A stretch of 63,476 nucleotides of DNA, counting the filler, from Octopus bimaculoides (taxonomy: Eukaryota), in NCBI RefSeq assembly GCF_001194135.2. It is 4 parts of 4 records of this genome, joined end to end, with 100 filler letters (N's around TTAATTAATTAA, not from the genome) between each part and the next. Parts side by side here need not be neighbours in the genome. Positions count along the whole stretch, not along the records: positions 22,571 to 48,477 come from NC_068989.1; positions 48,578 to 60,702 come from NC_068986.1; 2 more parts are not named here. One strand, 5' to 3'. Both the position numbers and the translations under genes were made by a program. Shown here piece by piece: positions 38,938 through 52,785 of this stretch. How positions within the stretch are numbered: position 1 is the stretch's first letter; every line of letters starts with the position of its first letter. A model generated the notes under the pieces. That model had not been told where the DNA came from. It did not search any database and worked only from the letters and a program-made list of their open reading frames with translations.

Positions 38938-40769
38938 ACCATGGGGATTCCTTAAGGTTTAGTTCTGACTTTCCAGGTCAATCTGAAAATTCATAACAAC
39001 TACCATTAAATGTACAACAAACCACAATTTCATTTTACAGACGGAGGTTGCAGAGCGAAAATTCGGAAAGATGCACCTTAGCGTTGGTTGATTCGGAAGG
39101 CATTTCATTTGATAAGAAAATACTATATACTGTTATTCTTGAAAATACTAACATAAGTGAAAATGAAACATTGTTCCTTCGTGAAGAAATGTAGCATTTG
39201 AGGCATAGAATCTCCACAGAAATTATTAGAGTCACTCTAATATTTCTGCATAATTAACATGAAAAATATTCTCTACACAGCAACATGATGGAGGGCTACT
39301 GTTGTACAACAAAGTGTAGATAGCTACAAGTTTGCGAGTTTTAGGCAAACTGAATTTGATCCAATATTTTCGACTTCTCGTTGCTCAATTACTAATATTT
39401 GCATTATAAAGGTTTTTAAAGTGCTGATATTTCCAAGTAGTAAATACTAATAACAAAGAATGAAAAAAAAAGAGATTGGACCAGAAATTTATACTCCACA
39501 CTAAAATAAATATCCGATACATACAGCCAGGAGAAAATTAACGTGTCTCTCATAATCACCACTTTTGCTACTAGTCTAATACGAATGGCAACAACGACAC
39601 GCAGGAGCCAAAATATAATCAATGGAACTTGCAATTCTAGCCGTGTTATATAAGCTCGCAAAAGTGTGCGTCAGTTACCATAAACTTATTTCGTTAGTTT
39701 TTAGTAATGTTCACGACTTTCTTTATTTTCTACAATTTTCATATATTTTATCAGCTATGCTATAAAATCTACATTTTTGCAACTTCTGACAGTTCTTATG
39801 AATTATAAATTGACATTTGTTAATGATTGCTTCCAAACGGTTGTCAACAAGAAGACTCATTACACGTACATATACACAGTAGCAGACAGCACTCATGTAG
39901 ACATACATGTTTGTATGTATGTATAGATATNNNNNNNNNNNNNNNNNNNNNNNNNNNNNNNNNNNNNNNNNNNNNNNNNNNNNNNNNNNNNNNNNNNNNN
40001 NNNNNNNNNNNNNNNNNNNNNNNNNNNNNNNNNNNNNNNNNNNNNNNNNNNNNNNNNNNNNNNNNNNNNNNNNNNNNNNNNNNNNNNNNNNNNNNNNNNN
40101 NNNNNNNNNNNNNNNNNNNNNNNNNNNNNNNNNNNNNNNNNNNNNNNNNNNNNNNNNNNNNNNNNNNNNNNNNNNNNNNNNNNNNNNNNNNNNNNNNNNN
40201 NNNNNNNNNNNNNNNNNNNNNNNNNNNNNNNNNNNNNNNNNNNNNNNNNNNNNNNNNNNNNNNNNNNNNNNNNNNNNNNNNNNNNNNNNNNNNNNNNNNN
40301 NNNNNNNNNNNNNNNNNNNNNNNNNNNNNNNNNNNNNNNNNNNNNNNNNNNNNNNNNNNNNNNNNNNNNNNNNNNNNNNNNNNNNNNNNNNNNNNNNNNN
40401 NNNNNNNNNNNNNNNNNNNNNNNNNNNNNNNNNNNNNNNNNNNNNNNNNNNNNNNNNNNNNNNNNNNNNNNNNNNNNNNNNNNNNNNNNNNNNNNNNNNN
40501 NNNNNNNNNNNNNNNNNNNNNNNNNNNNNNNNNNNNNNNNNNNNNNNNNNNNNNNNNNNNNNNNNNNNNNNNNNNNNNNNNNNNNNNNNNNNNNNNNNNN
40601 NNNNNNNNNNNNNNNNNNNNNNNNNNNNNNNNNNNNNNNNNNNNNNNNNNNNNNNNNNNNNNNNNNNNNNNNNNNNNNNNNNNNNNNNNNNNNNNNNNNN
40701 NNNNNNNNNNNNNNNNNNNNNNNNNNNNNNNNNNNNNNNNNNNNNNNNNNNNNNNNNNNTTCTAGTGAA

Positions 40770-41036
40770 TATTTAAGAAACCATAAGAAAATTATGTTTG
40801 CTTTAAAATTTGAGATCACATAGACAGTATTTTACGTAGGATATGGGCAGTTCCCATGAGCACTATCTTTTGAACTTCAGCCATTTTGGGGTTTCCTGGT
40901 ATCTGAGCTAGGTAGTAATCAGCCCGTTTCGCTGTCATTCCCAGGGCACCTATGACAATAGGTATTGTTTTCGTCTTCAGATTCCACATTTTGCTAATTT
41001 CTATTTCAAGATCTTTATATTTGCTCAGTTTTTGGT
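40770..41036 (-). mobile_element. 5'-truncated R4/Dong-type LINE (REL C-terminus) at a (TAA)n tract
   Basis: QKLSKYKDLEIEISKMWNLKTKTIPIVIGALGM..IPGNPKMAEVQKIVLMGTAHILRKILS*. About 44 nt are identical to 60803-60846. Confidence 0.9.
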
Positions 41037-41057
41037 TATTATTATTATTATTATTAG

Positions 41058-41088
<31 letters not shown>

Positions 41089-41612
41089 GAGTGAGAGAGC
41101 AGTTCATGCTATCAGAGTGACACTGGGGTAAAATATACGAAGCCCAGTATATCATGACTACACGTCTGATAAGGACACACTAGGCACATTCATCACAACC
41201 ATATGTGCGCGACATGGTGATCTCATATCAAGATAAACAGTGTATGACCTTGTACGCGGGGCCCAGTTAGAATTTGTTTCGTGTCGAGTAGCCCACCTAG
41301 CTTAAATGGTACTTGATTAAGTGTTGTTTAAGGATGTTGAATGAAACACCCACATTTTCAAAGGTGAATTATCCAAACCCCAAAGAATTCCTCTCAACAC
41401 ATGGCTATGATGCTCCACCACTACTTCTGCTTGTGATCCGAAATGCACATATCATCAGCTAAGGGACACGCTGCGCTGGTTAAGGTCAAACACCTGACAA
41501 GCGGATCTATGATATTGAGCAGAGCATGTGCCGTAGCCCATCTTTTATACCAAGACAAAACAATGCGCATGAGAACACTTCCAATCAGTTAAGATCAGAA
41601 GCCATGAGAGCC
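41089..41612 (-). mobile_element. (TAA)-associated non-autonomous retroelement (family E)
   Basis: About 520 bp colinear with 44247-45018 and 57476-57877, and bordered by (TTA)n. Confidence 0.85.
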
Positions 41613-41654
41613 TTAATTATAATATTAAGAACAACAACAACAACAACAATAATG

Positions 41655-41830
41655 ATAATAACAAACATAATTTTCTTATGTTTTCTTAAACATTCTCTAC
41701 AACAATACTTTGTGCAAATCTAAATATATGGCACCTTCGTCATAATTCACATTTGAACTTCTAACTTGTCTCTTGAAGTCTCTGGGTTAGATTTGGAGTC
41801 AACTTATACAAATACTAAGCAAAACTCGAA
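41655..41830 (+). mobile_element. R4/Dong-type LINE 3' UTR fragment
   Basis: AAACATAATTTTCTTATGTTTTCTTAAACATTCTCTAC is the inverse homologue of 40770-40810. Flanked by AAC/AAT repeats. Confidence 0.65.
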
Positions 41831-41934
41831 CATATAATATTAATGATAATAACCACAAGAAACGACTACACAATGAATTTCACGTAGCCACAACAGACGT
41901 TACTGGATGAATAAGGGAACATTAAAAAAAAGTG

Positions 41935-42070
41935 ACCGAGTGCACAATACTGGCAGAGGAAGACGAAGCTTTGACCACGAAATGGAAGGTCAACCTTAGG
42001 AATGAGCAAGTGTTTCCGCTGTGCCGTATCTGCAACAAAGGGGAGGAAACCATTGCCCATATCACAAAAA
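41935..42070 (+). mobile_element. R4-type CCHC region remnant
   Basis: TILAEEDEALTTKW..LCRICNK resembles AAQDQAL.T..CR.C of REL elements. Confidence 0.45.
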
Positions 42071-42234
42071 AAGGTCAGAATTATCAGGAAAGTATTAGAT
42101 AGCTGAGAAAAGCGAATAGCATGATACCGTAGGCAGCAAGTAGTAAACTCGCTACGCAAGTAAGACTCCACGAGCTTCAACAAAACCTGTGATAAAGAGG
42201 TGATGATAATAATAATAATAATAATAATTATAAT

Positions 42235-42271
<37 letters not shown>

Positions 42272-42505
42272 GCACCTTTTGAGCGGGATGGGCTACTCGA
42301 CCTGAAGAAAATTCTAACTGGGCCCCACCTGCAAAGTCGTGCGCTGTTTATCGTGATATGGGATCACTATGTCGTGCACATATGGTTGTGGTGCATGTAC
42401 CTGGTGTACTCTTATCAGACAGGTGGTCATGATGGGTATACTGGGCTTCGTGTATTTTACCTCAGTGTCACTTTGATGGCATGCACTGCTCTCCCGCTCA
42501 ATAAC
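42272..42505 (+). mobile_element. Family E 3' fragment embedded in (TAA)n
   Basis: Inverse of 41095-41310. Preceded by (ATA)n and followed by AATAACATTAATAATAATAAT. Confidence 0.85.
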
Positions 42506-42534
42506 ATTAATAATAATAATAATCCTTTTTACTA

Positions 42535-42723
42535 CAGGCACAAGTATGTGGGGAGGGGGGACTAATTGATTACATCGACTGCAGTGTTTCACTAGTATAT
42601 AATTTATCGACGTCGAAAGGATGAAATGCAAAGACAACCTCCGCGGAGCGGAATTTAAACTCAGAACGTAAGAACGGACGAAATGCCGCTAAGCATTTTC
42701 GACGACGTGCTAACTGTTCTGCC
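42535..42723 (-). mobile_element. SINE family B
   Basis: GGATGAAATGCAAAGAC..GGAATTTAAACTCAGAACGTAAG..CGTGCTAACTGTTCTGCC. Confidence 0.8.
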
Positions 42724-43967
42724 TGATAATAAACAAAGATATAGACAAAATGATTGAAGAAGTTTGAAATAGAATATCTTGTAGAGCTTCTACAGAATGT
42801 TTGCCTCTTAGCGGCAGGAAAGAATATTAAGAGCGTTCTAAGCAGTTGAATGATTATTGAAAGCTAGTGGATGCCTAAGATTACAGGTAGTAACTCGCTA
42901 CTTACATAAATCCTGCCAGGCATGAGGCCGAACTTGAGTCAAATCAATAATGATGATGATGATGATGATGATGACACTGAGAATGACCACGACGATGATA
43001 TCGATGATATGTTTGGCGAGGCGAATGCGTGCCTGTGTATCTATATTTATATATGTTACTTCCAGACATGATCGTGGTTGTAGAGCATACACATATAAGT
43101 CTGGGGAGGAGACACATTCACCAGGCATTTAGTTTCACAAGTCGAGGAGGCACACGGCTAATTTGACACAACTGAAGGAATAATGGTTTGCGTTTGTTTC
43201 TAAACGTTTAAGTATGTCTCTGATAAAAGTTACTAAACCCAACAGAAAGCAATTGTTTGACTAAAATATAGCTGATAAATCTTCGAAAGAAGTGAAGAAA
43301 AACTATGACGAATGGAAATATTAGTAAAAATAAAAAGAGCAATAATAAAAAAAATAAAAGCGAATTTACTTATAAATTTAATCATTTCCATTGACAAACA
43401 ACACCTAAGAAAACTGTAATCAGAATCTAATGTAATTAATATGGCGGCTTTGACAATGGAAGGGAGGATAATATATATTTTATTCAATAGAAATACAAGG
43501 ATATACAGGAAGGAGAGCGAAGAAGAAAGTAATGATTTCGTGAGAGAGGGATAATTCACGAAGACGGAGAGACAAACAGATAAAGAATAAGTGCAAAAGG
43601 ATACAATAGAAAATTATCAATTAAGTGACAAGATTTGTAATTAAGTACCTTATCATTGCTAATCAACAAATTAAACGATACTTGTAAAGAAAATCGTTGC
43701 ACATGTTCGTGGTTGAAAAAGGAAGCTTTAATTAATAAATCTTTATGTTAAATTTGATAAGAGAAAAGTAAGAATCTATAATTATGTTGAACCCATTCTT
43801 TATTGAGTTTTCTTCTTTACCACGTACTTTAACAGTTGTTTATATTCTTCCATTTTTTTCCTTTTCCCAATGGGAACAAATGATATCTTCTCACCAGATA
43901 TTCTATTCTTCTATATTGCGGCGTTAAACAGGATTTTCTCTTCAGTCTCTCACTTTTAGCAGAAGCC

Positions 43968-44246
<279 letters not shown>

Positions 44247-45018
44247 GGTGTGAAAGAGCCGTGTTTGACAACAAAGTGGCACTGGGTTACAAAAATACGA
44301 AGCCCATTGTACCCATCATGACTACACGTCTGATAAGGATACACCAGGCACATGCATTACAACCATATGTGCACGGCATGGTGATCTTATATCCAGATTA
44401 ACAGCGCTTGACCTCGCAGGTGGGGCACATGCACCGCAACCATGTGTGTGCGATATGATGATTTCACATGAAGATAAACAGTGCATGATCTTGCAGGTGG
44501 AGCCCAGTTAGAATTTCCTTCAGGTCGAGTAGCCCATCCTGTTCAAAATATCCCTGAATAAGGGTTGTTTAAGGATGATGAACAAAACACCCTTGTTTCT
44601 AAAAGTGAATTATCCAAACTCCAAAGGATTCCTCTCAACATATGGCTATGATGCTCCCCCACTACTTCTGCTCATGATCAGAGATGCACATATTGTCAGT
44701 CACCAAGGGATATGCTCAACTGGTTAAGGTCAAACAACTGACAAGCAAATCTATGGTATTGAACAGAATATTTGCTGTAACCCATCTTTTATACCAAGAC
44801 AAAATAATGCGCATGATAACACCTCTAATCATTTCAGATCAAAAGCCATAAGAGCCACTGCTTGGTACTGCATTAGGACATTCAAAAGCCATGAGGTACT
44901 GCATCAGAGCATAATTGAGCGGAAGATTTGCTGTAGCCTATCTTTCATACCAAGACAAAACAATGTACATGATAACACTTCCAATCAGTTAAGATCAAAA
45001 GCCAAGAGAGCCACTGCA
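44247..45018 (-). mobile_element. Family E element with internal duplications
   Basis: Colinear with 41089-41612. The GCACAACCATATGTG block and the TTTGCTGTAGCC..AGCCATGAGAGCC block are each repeated. Flanked by (TTA)n on both sides. Confidence 0.85.
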
Positions 45019-45019
45019 T

Positions 45020-45170
<151 letters not shown>

Positions 45171-45174
45171 GCCT

Positions 45175-45800
45175 TTGCAGAGCTTCTAACGCTGGAGATG
45201 TATTAAGGTCTCAGTTGTTCACTACTAGTGAACTAAGGTAAAACCTCTTATTTTTCGAGCACCTTCCGGAGTATTCGAGCGGTTAAAAAGTGCTGTTTTC
45301 TGCAAGTGCTCCACCCTTATTGCATCCACCATTTGTTCCATGAACTTTTCAAGGTTTTTACTCACTGTTCCCAGGGCTCCGACAATTATTGGTACCACTA
45401 CCAACTTTTTTTCATCGACCACAAGTGCTTTACCTCCCAAGCTAACCTGTCATATCTATCGACTTTTCTTACTTCCTTATCGCATACCTTGTCAGCTGGG
45501 CATATTATATCTATAATCGATCTTTGTTTTCTTTCTCAATTCAGACTATGTCTGGCTTCCTGTTCTGTATCTCATCGTCGCACTGAATCATAAAATCCCA
45601 CAGAATCTTTGCATTATCATTTTCGATGATGCCTTCCGGTTTGTGGTCGTACCAATTTTTTCTCTGTGAAGTCCATACTTGTTGTAAAGTGTTCAATGGA
45701 CAAGCCTTGCTATATTGTCATGATGTTTTTTTATATTCTTTCTGGGCTAGTGGCGTACATTGGTTGGTAATATGCCATACGGTTTCATCATTTTGTCCAC
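45175..45800 (-). mobile_element. R4/Dong-type LINE REL domain and 3' end
   Basis: WYDHKPEGIIENDNAKILWDFMIQCDDEIQNRKPDIV..KKLVVVPIIVGALGTVSKNLEKF..HLQKTAL. The 3' end abuts (TAA)n. Confidence 0.85.
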
Positions 45801-47059
45801 TTATCACTTTCTGATGTGTTGTCTGCACTTATCACTTTATTTTGCTTTCGATTATATACAAAAATAATACATACAACAGTAACAAAAATGTATCCCCCCC
45901 CCCCCGATAAAACCAGAAAGAAGAGATTTCACCCGACGAAAAATATAAGAAAAATAATAAGTCCAAATATATATGAAAAATATATGAATAAAGATATGTC
46001 CAAAAATATATGAAAAAAAATATTATTATCATAAGACACATGAAAGAAAAAATATTGACTTAATTGTACAGAAATCAAATTTATTAATAGTCACACTAAC
46101 ACTCAGACAATTTTACTACTGAAACTGACATTTTGTTCTTTAATGCTGCTAGTATTACATGAAGATGGAACCATAGGTCAACTAACAGAGGAAAGGATAT
46201 TGTAGAACATGTTTGTGCCAACGGAAGCAATCATACTTCCTGACTACATTAAAGACTGAAAAGCAACTTACACACATCTGTCTCGCTACGTCTGCAAGAC
46301 GTTTCTTGTACCAATGATTCAATAGTTAGTATTCAATACGCACCAGTCGGTGCACTTTGATCGTGTTATTTTGGATAACGAAATACATAGGTCAAGTTAG
46401 AAAATATTGACAGCAACATTGATCCTTGACTAGTTGCTATTTTTCAGGGGTTGTATAGATATACAATGAGTTCTGAGAACTCAATGAATCGCAGATAGCG
46501 AGGTAGGACTAAAATGGTAATAACAGTCTCCAAGTTATAAACCGATCATAATCGTAAATGCGAAAGAAAAAGCGATGAGGCAAGCTTTGCAGAGAAAGAG
46601 GCCCAGTACTTACGCAAGGAATAGATATTCAAGAGCTCTCAGGGCTCAGATAAGAGTGTAGCAGCAGAACCTTTGACAAGCTTCAGGCAATTCTGCTGCT
46701 CCAAAAACATTGCTGGTCGAAGATACGGTATTACCAAAGCAGAACACTCTACTTTCAGTGACAGAATCTCACCGAAGGATCTTTTCCGCGAGTTATAGCA
46801 TCCCTTTTTTATCACACTTAGGGCAACTACAATAGCAGGAACAGTTCTCCATGAAACTAACAATAGCACATGGAAACATATATATTGTTTATTATATATA
46901 TATGTATATTTATATGTATACATAAATATATATATACATACATGCATAAATACATATATACAAACATAAACATACATATTTACGTACATACATACTCTAA
47001 TATATATGGATGGATGTGTGCGTCTCTTTATATTTGTGCTTCCGCCGCTTTACATCTTA

Positions 47060-47197
47060 TTACGTTTTGTTTAGGTCACATAACTTAGCACTTCGGCAAA
47101 AAGACCGATAAAATAACAAAATTAAAATTACACACAGGAGGCAATGCCTCAACATGGTTACACTCCAATGACTGAAGCAAGTAAAACAATAAAAGAT
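47060..47197 (+). mobile_element. SINE family C fragment
   Basis: CACATAACTTAGCACTTCGGCAAAAAGACCGATA..ACTCCAATGACTGAAGCAAGTAAAAC. Confidence 0.6.
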
Positions 47198-47216
47198 TAA
47201 ACAAATACATTTTTAG

Positions 47217-47288
47217 AGTGAAACAAGCTTATGATAGTAAAGTGAAACAAGCTTATGATAGTAAAGTGAAACAAGCTTATGATAGTAA
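47217..47288. repeat. Perfect 24-bp tandem triplication
   Basis: AGTGAAACAAGCTTATGATAGTAA x3 with no spacers. Confidence 0.95.
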
Positions 47289-47838
47289 ACGATAATGGTG
47301 GCTAAAATCTTTCGAAAGACAGGGCATTTGCAGGAGTTATATTCATAGTTATTTCAATAGTCGATCACAACTTTTTTTCCAACTTCTGGAGGATATAATT
47401 TAAAGAAGAATGTTCCACACAGCGCATAAAGACATAACCAAATATACTGCAAGGCATCGTTTTCGTCAGTTTACGCTCAGTACCATTCCAAGATTGAACA
47501 AACGATTTAGCGGTTGGTAAGTTTTGTACTGAGAGCGATTTCAGAATTGCTTAGTGGAATATTTTAAGACAGACAGTATTTTAATTTTTTGTTTAGAGAA
47601 ATCATGATTGAATAAACTGCTGTGTTGCTGAATGAGACCAACCAACCAAACGATAGATTTAATAAATTATGTTTGACTGAATAATAATAAAGCATTTAAT
47701 TGAATATTATGGTTCGGCAATATTTCCATTGAAGGATGTGAATGAAGGTGGTGGGTAACAAGGCTTGAGCTATGCCGGAGAGAAATCAACAGTTGATATA
47801 TGGCAATGTAAATAGCGCAACTCTGTTATAACTTATCA

Positions 47839-47892
<54 letters not shown>

Positions 47893-48430
47893 AGTATAAG
47901 TATAAGGTGTGTTATGAGAATAGAACACGTATCCTATAGAAACTTAACAAGCAATTAAAGATGGAGAAGAGAAGGTGTTAAAAGTTTTTAAAAATTTTAA
48001 TCAATGCATACGATCGTTTCGAACGGTAATTTTGACGTAAATACATGGAAAAAATTAGAAATTAATTTAATTATAATGATAATTAAATTAATTACATACT
48101 ACTGTTCTCCTCAGTGCGAAAGAAGAATACATCAAAAAGAATACATCAGAAAGATATTATATTGTTACAGAAGACTAGATGGAGTGAGTGTCACATAACA
48201 TATTTGGATATGCATAATATGCTAATGAAAGATGAAAGGTAAAAATATGTTTACGTAGTGTTGAGTCTCGCTGTGAATGAACTATACCTGATGCGGCTGA
48301 CGGTTGTTAAAAACATGAGTGAAAAATGATTAAGATACGTTCTCTCTATATGAAGATATGAAGATATGTAATTAAGTGATATACATTCCATATAAAGCAT
48401 TTATCATAAGAGGTAAAATATAATATAATG

Positions 48431-48477
<47 letters not shown>

Positions 48478-48991
48478 NNNNNNNNNNNNNNNNNNNNNNN
48501 NNNNNNNNNNNNNNNNNNNNNTTAATTAATTAANNNNNNNNNNNNNNNNNNNNNNNNNNNNNNNNNNNNNNNNNNNNATATATTTATATATTTATATATT
48601 TGATCCTTTATATTGAACACTCAATATTTCATCTACATTCAATACTTTCTTTCATGGTGCCATCCATTTTTATTTTATTTTATTTCATATTATATATTGT
48701 ATATTATATTATATATTGTATATTCCATATTCTATACCCCACATTGGTTCTGCAGGAATATAAATAAAGCATAAAAAACAGACAGTGTTGGAACTCTTTT
48801 AAACAAAATAATATATTCCTCTATACACAATCATACAAAAAAACCACCTTTTTTGTATTTATTTTTACTCGCATATATATATATGTATATATATGTATAT
48901 ATATATATATATATACACCCATGTATATGTGTGTATATCTATATATATGTATATATAAATGTATATACATATATATATGTATATGTATATT

Positions 48992-49022
<31 letters not shown>

Positions 49023-49144
49023 ATGTGTGTGTCTGTTTATGTATAAATACATCGTGGGGAGCGTGTGAGCGCACATTATCGCATTACACAAACACGTATA
49101 GTCAAACATACGCAAACACACACACACATGCGCATACATACGTA

Positions 49145-49214
<70 letters not shown>

Positions 49215-49592
49215 CACACACACACACGCACACACACATGTATGCGCACGTCTGTGTGTATTTGTGTGTAATAACCATAAATCATGGGATAAGATCACCT
49301 GGACACTATCACCAACGCCCTTGAGATAGATTTAATAAAACTAAAATGCGCTTATATGTGTATACGTGTTTGTGCTCGCGCACAAACGTTGCGTTTTTCA
49401 TGGACCCTCCGAAACTAACAACCGTCTCTTAATTTACAATATGGATTGATTAATCTGATATAGAGAATCGTGGAGTGCAAAAGAGTGGGAAAGAAAGATT
49501 CATTTTACTGCGCTAACAGCAAAGAATTGGTTGTTTAATCATTCATATTGACCATACCGGCATCTTCATCGACGAGAAACAGTTGTTATATT

Positions 49593-49629
<37 letters not shown>

Positions 49630-49706
49630 CAGCAGTAGTAGTAGTGGTGGATGCTGGTATAGTAGTGGTGATGGTGATGGTGATGGTGTTGGTGGTGGTG
49701 GCGATT

Positions 49707-49743
<37 letters not shown>

Positions 49744-50319
49744 NNNNNNNNNNNNNNNNNNNNNNNNNNNNNNNNNNNNNNNNNNNNNNNNNNNNNNNNN
49801 NNNNNNNNNNNNNNNNNNNNNNNNNNNNNNNNNNNNNNNNNNNNNNNNNNNNNNNNNNNNNNNNNNNNNNNNNNNNNNNNNNNNNNNNNNNNNNNNNNNN
49901 NNNNNNNNNNNNNNNNNNNNNNNNNNNNNNNNNNNNNNNNNNNNNNNNNNNNNNNNNNNNNNNNNNNNNNNNNNNNNNNNNNNNNNNNNNNNNNNNNNNN
50001 NNNNNNNNNNNNNNNNNNNNNNNNNNNNNNNNNNNNNNNNNNNNNNNNNNNNNNNNNNNNNNNNNNNNNNNNNNNNNNNNNNNNNNNNNNNNNNNNNNNN
50101 NNNNNNNNNNNNNNNNNNNNNNNNNNNNNNNNNNNNNNNNNNNNNNNNNNNNNNNNNNNNNNNNNNNNNNNNNNNNNNNNNNNNNNNNNNNNNNNNNNNN
50201 NNNNNNNNNNNNNNNNNNNNNNNNNNNNNNNNNNNNNNNNNNNNNNNNNNNNNNNNNNNNNNNNNNNNNNNNNNNNNNNNNNNNNNNNNNNNNNNNNNNN
50301 NNNNNNNNNNNNNNNNNNA

Positions 50320-50480
50320 GAGGACCAGTGGTATTATATCGACTCCAGTACACAACTGGTACTTAATTTATCGACTCCGAAAGGATAAACGACAAAGTCG
50401 ACATCGGCGGAATTTGAACTCAGAACGTAGCGGCAGACGAAATACCGCTCGACGTGCTAACGTTTCTGCCAGCTCGCCGC
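50320..50480 (-). mobile_element. SINE family B
   Basis: ACAAAGTCGACATCGGCGGAATTTGAACTCAGAACG..TTCTGCCAGCTCGCCGCC. Confidence 0.85.
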
Positions 50481-50481
50481 C

Positions 50482-50527
<46 letters not shown>

Positions 50528-50683
50528 GTCTGTCTGTCTGTCTGTCTGTATGTCTGTCTCTTTGTCTGCCTGTGTGTGCATGTATGTATGTATGTATGTA
50601 TGTATGTATGTGTGTCTGTATGCGTGTATGTATGTATATATGTTTGTATCAACCTGTCTATAACTTTCGGGCCGGGACCTATG

Positions 50684-51147
50684 AACAATCACCAGAGATC
50701 CCTGGCCTGGCTGTGCTATCGAGAAGCATTACCTTTTCAGGATAAGCTCTACAGGCACGGTTCGAAACACACCGGACCGACTTGCCCGAGATGCGGTCAG
50801 ATCGACGAAACCGTTCTGCACGAACTCATGCAGTGTCCAACCATTTCGGACCTGTGGGCTTATGCCGAACGAGTGCTGTCACGTGTGGAACGTGTCCACC
50901 TGTCGGCCGAGTCTAACGTGAAAATTGCTTCGCCACCTTCTCCCGACCGGGAAGGCAAGGCAATCTTCATCGTACTAGTGGCCATGGTGAAAGAATGTTT
51001 GTGGTAGACTCAAGTGAGAGGATTAGAGACAAACACTTACCTCTCTGGCCAATCGCTTATCAACTTTTTCAAGTACCACTTGAAAATGAAGGTGAGAATG
51101 GAGAGGCAGGTTTTGTCTCGTGAAAGTTTCAAAAAAAGGTGGATGAA
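50684..51147 (+). mobile_element. Tx1/L1-clade LINE ORF2 C-terminal fragment (zf-RVT CCHC)
   Basis: RSLAWLCYREALP..CPRCGQIDETVLHELMQC..LVAMVKECLW..FFKYHLKMKVRMER..FKKRW, ending at (GATA)n. Confidence 0.8.
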
Positions 51148-51153
51148 TGTAGC

Positions 51154-51204
<51 letters not shown>

Positions 51205-51450
51205 TGTTTCTTTATTAGCCACACAGGGCTCAACATAGAGGGGACAAAATACAAATGTAGAGTTTTTCTTTTCGAGGGGGGCGAAAACAAAGCAGAAAAA
51301 AACAAAAGTGGGGACAACGATGAAAAAAAATACATCGCAAAACGTTTGGGGTATTTACACAAAATACGAAATAATACAGAAAATTCCCAATAAATGGGGA
51401 GGTTATCCGTGGAAAGAAAAACCTACGAAAAGACCACGGTAACCTCGGTC
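51205..51450 (-). mobile_element. Probable LINE 3' UTR with AATAAA and (ATCT)n tail
   Basis: Reverse strand ends GCCCTGTGTGGCTAATAAAGAAACAT(ATCT)n. Confidence 0.5.
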
Positions 51451-51516
51451 CTTAGTGTCACAGTTTGTTAAATAAAATTCCTTTTATTTATGCAAGAAAC
51501 GTAAGTAAATCTCTGT

Positions 51517-51590
<74 letters not shown>

Positions 51591-52184
51591 TAATCTACAC
51601 AAATTGGCAAGTTGTGATTCAGTGCAGACTTTTGTGGAGATGCTATAGCCAGATTAAATCAGTATCGATATTCTATCGACTGCAGAAGGTTAACGGATAA
51701 CGTCAACGCCAGTGGGAATTAGAACTCGAAAAGCACAGAACTTAATTAAATACTGCAATGCCTTTGGTACACTTCTGAACCGATCCTACCACTGCGTCAC
51801 CCCTGCGGAGGAATGCGGCACGATACGCACACACAGACTCTCATAAAAGAAATTATAATTATTATCTGAGGTTTACGATACAAGTCAAATAATAGCAAAA
51901 ACTATTTATTGCTGAGAGAGCATTTGTGTTACATAATAAACGCATAAATAAATTATTAATATAATAAATTCTTTCAGTATTTTTTTTATATAAAGAATAT
52001 TGAAATATTTTATTCTATCACAAAATGTTTCCGACCATTTGTCATGTAATATTAAAGAAAATATTTCGTTTTTTTGTATTTGGTTTGCAATATTTTTAAT
52101 GTGAACTCGTGTGTTGAAAGATGTTTAGCTGTATCTTGGGGGCGTCACTATTGCCAATAATAATCATTTCTACAACAAGCACAA

Positions 52185-52333
52185 GGCCTAAAATTCGGTA
52201 GGTGGTGCGCTAGTTGGTCGACACCAGTGTTCAACTGCTACTAATTTCATCGACCTCGAAGGATGAACGGCTAAGTCGATCTCAGCGGAATTTGAACTCA
52301 GAGCGTAAAGCCGGATGACATGCCGCTAAGCAT
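52185..52333 (-). mobile_element. SINE family B, head truncated by a (CATA)n tract
   Basis: Core 52262-52301. The sequence breaks at GCTAAGCAT into CATA repeats. Confidence 0.85.
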
Positions 52334-52394
52334 ACATACATACACACACACATACATACATACATACATACATACATACATACATACATACATA

Positions 52395-52600
52395 AAATAA
52401 TTCATATTCATACCAATAATAACTGGAGCACTAGGCTTTGTTAGTAAATGCTTAAAAGAGAATCTGGATAAACTGGGATTTTCAGAAAGAGAAATTAACC
52501 GACTGATTCGTACACTACAAGTACAATCTGTGAGTGGAGCAATAAAATGCGGACGAGTACTAAATTCCTCAGTGGATCGCTTGAATAACTGTGGAGATCT
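52395..52600 (+). mobile_element. Second REL-type LINE family, C-terminus
   Basis: FIPIITGALGFVSKCLKENLDKLGFSEREINRLIRTLQVQSVSG. Homologue at 57385-57475. Confidence 0.7.
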
Positions 52601-52785
52601 ACTTCGCATAAAACCATTGGTTGCCTTGTTAATCCACAAATGAAGAATATTTATCCAACAATGCCGTGTTCTCACTGTCCGATATAAGCGTGTATGAATG
52701 TATACGTGTGTATGTTTGTGTGTGTTTGTGTGTGCATATACACACATATACACACACATACACATATATATATATACATATATAT

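Noticed and set aside
39040-39200. Acceptor followed by a 51-codon open frame
   Set aside because: No strong donor before the stop and no recognisable motif. This is within chance expectation.
47217-47288. CRISPR-like direct repeats
   Set aside because: The units are contiguous with no spacers, and the context is eukaryotic with no cas genes.
49583-51007. 474-aa ORF as a host gene
   Set aside because: It is composed of a (GTA)n repeat, an N gap, a SINE, microsatellite and a Tx1-like LINE fragment.
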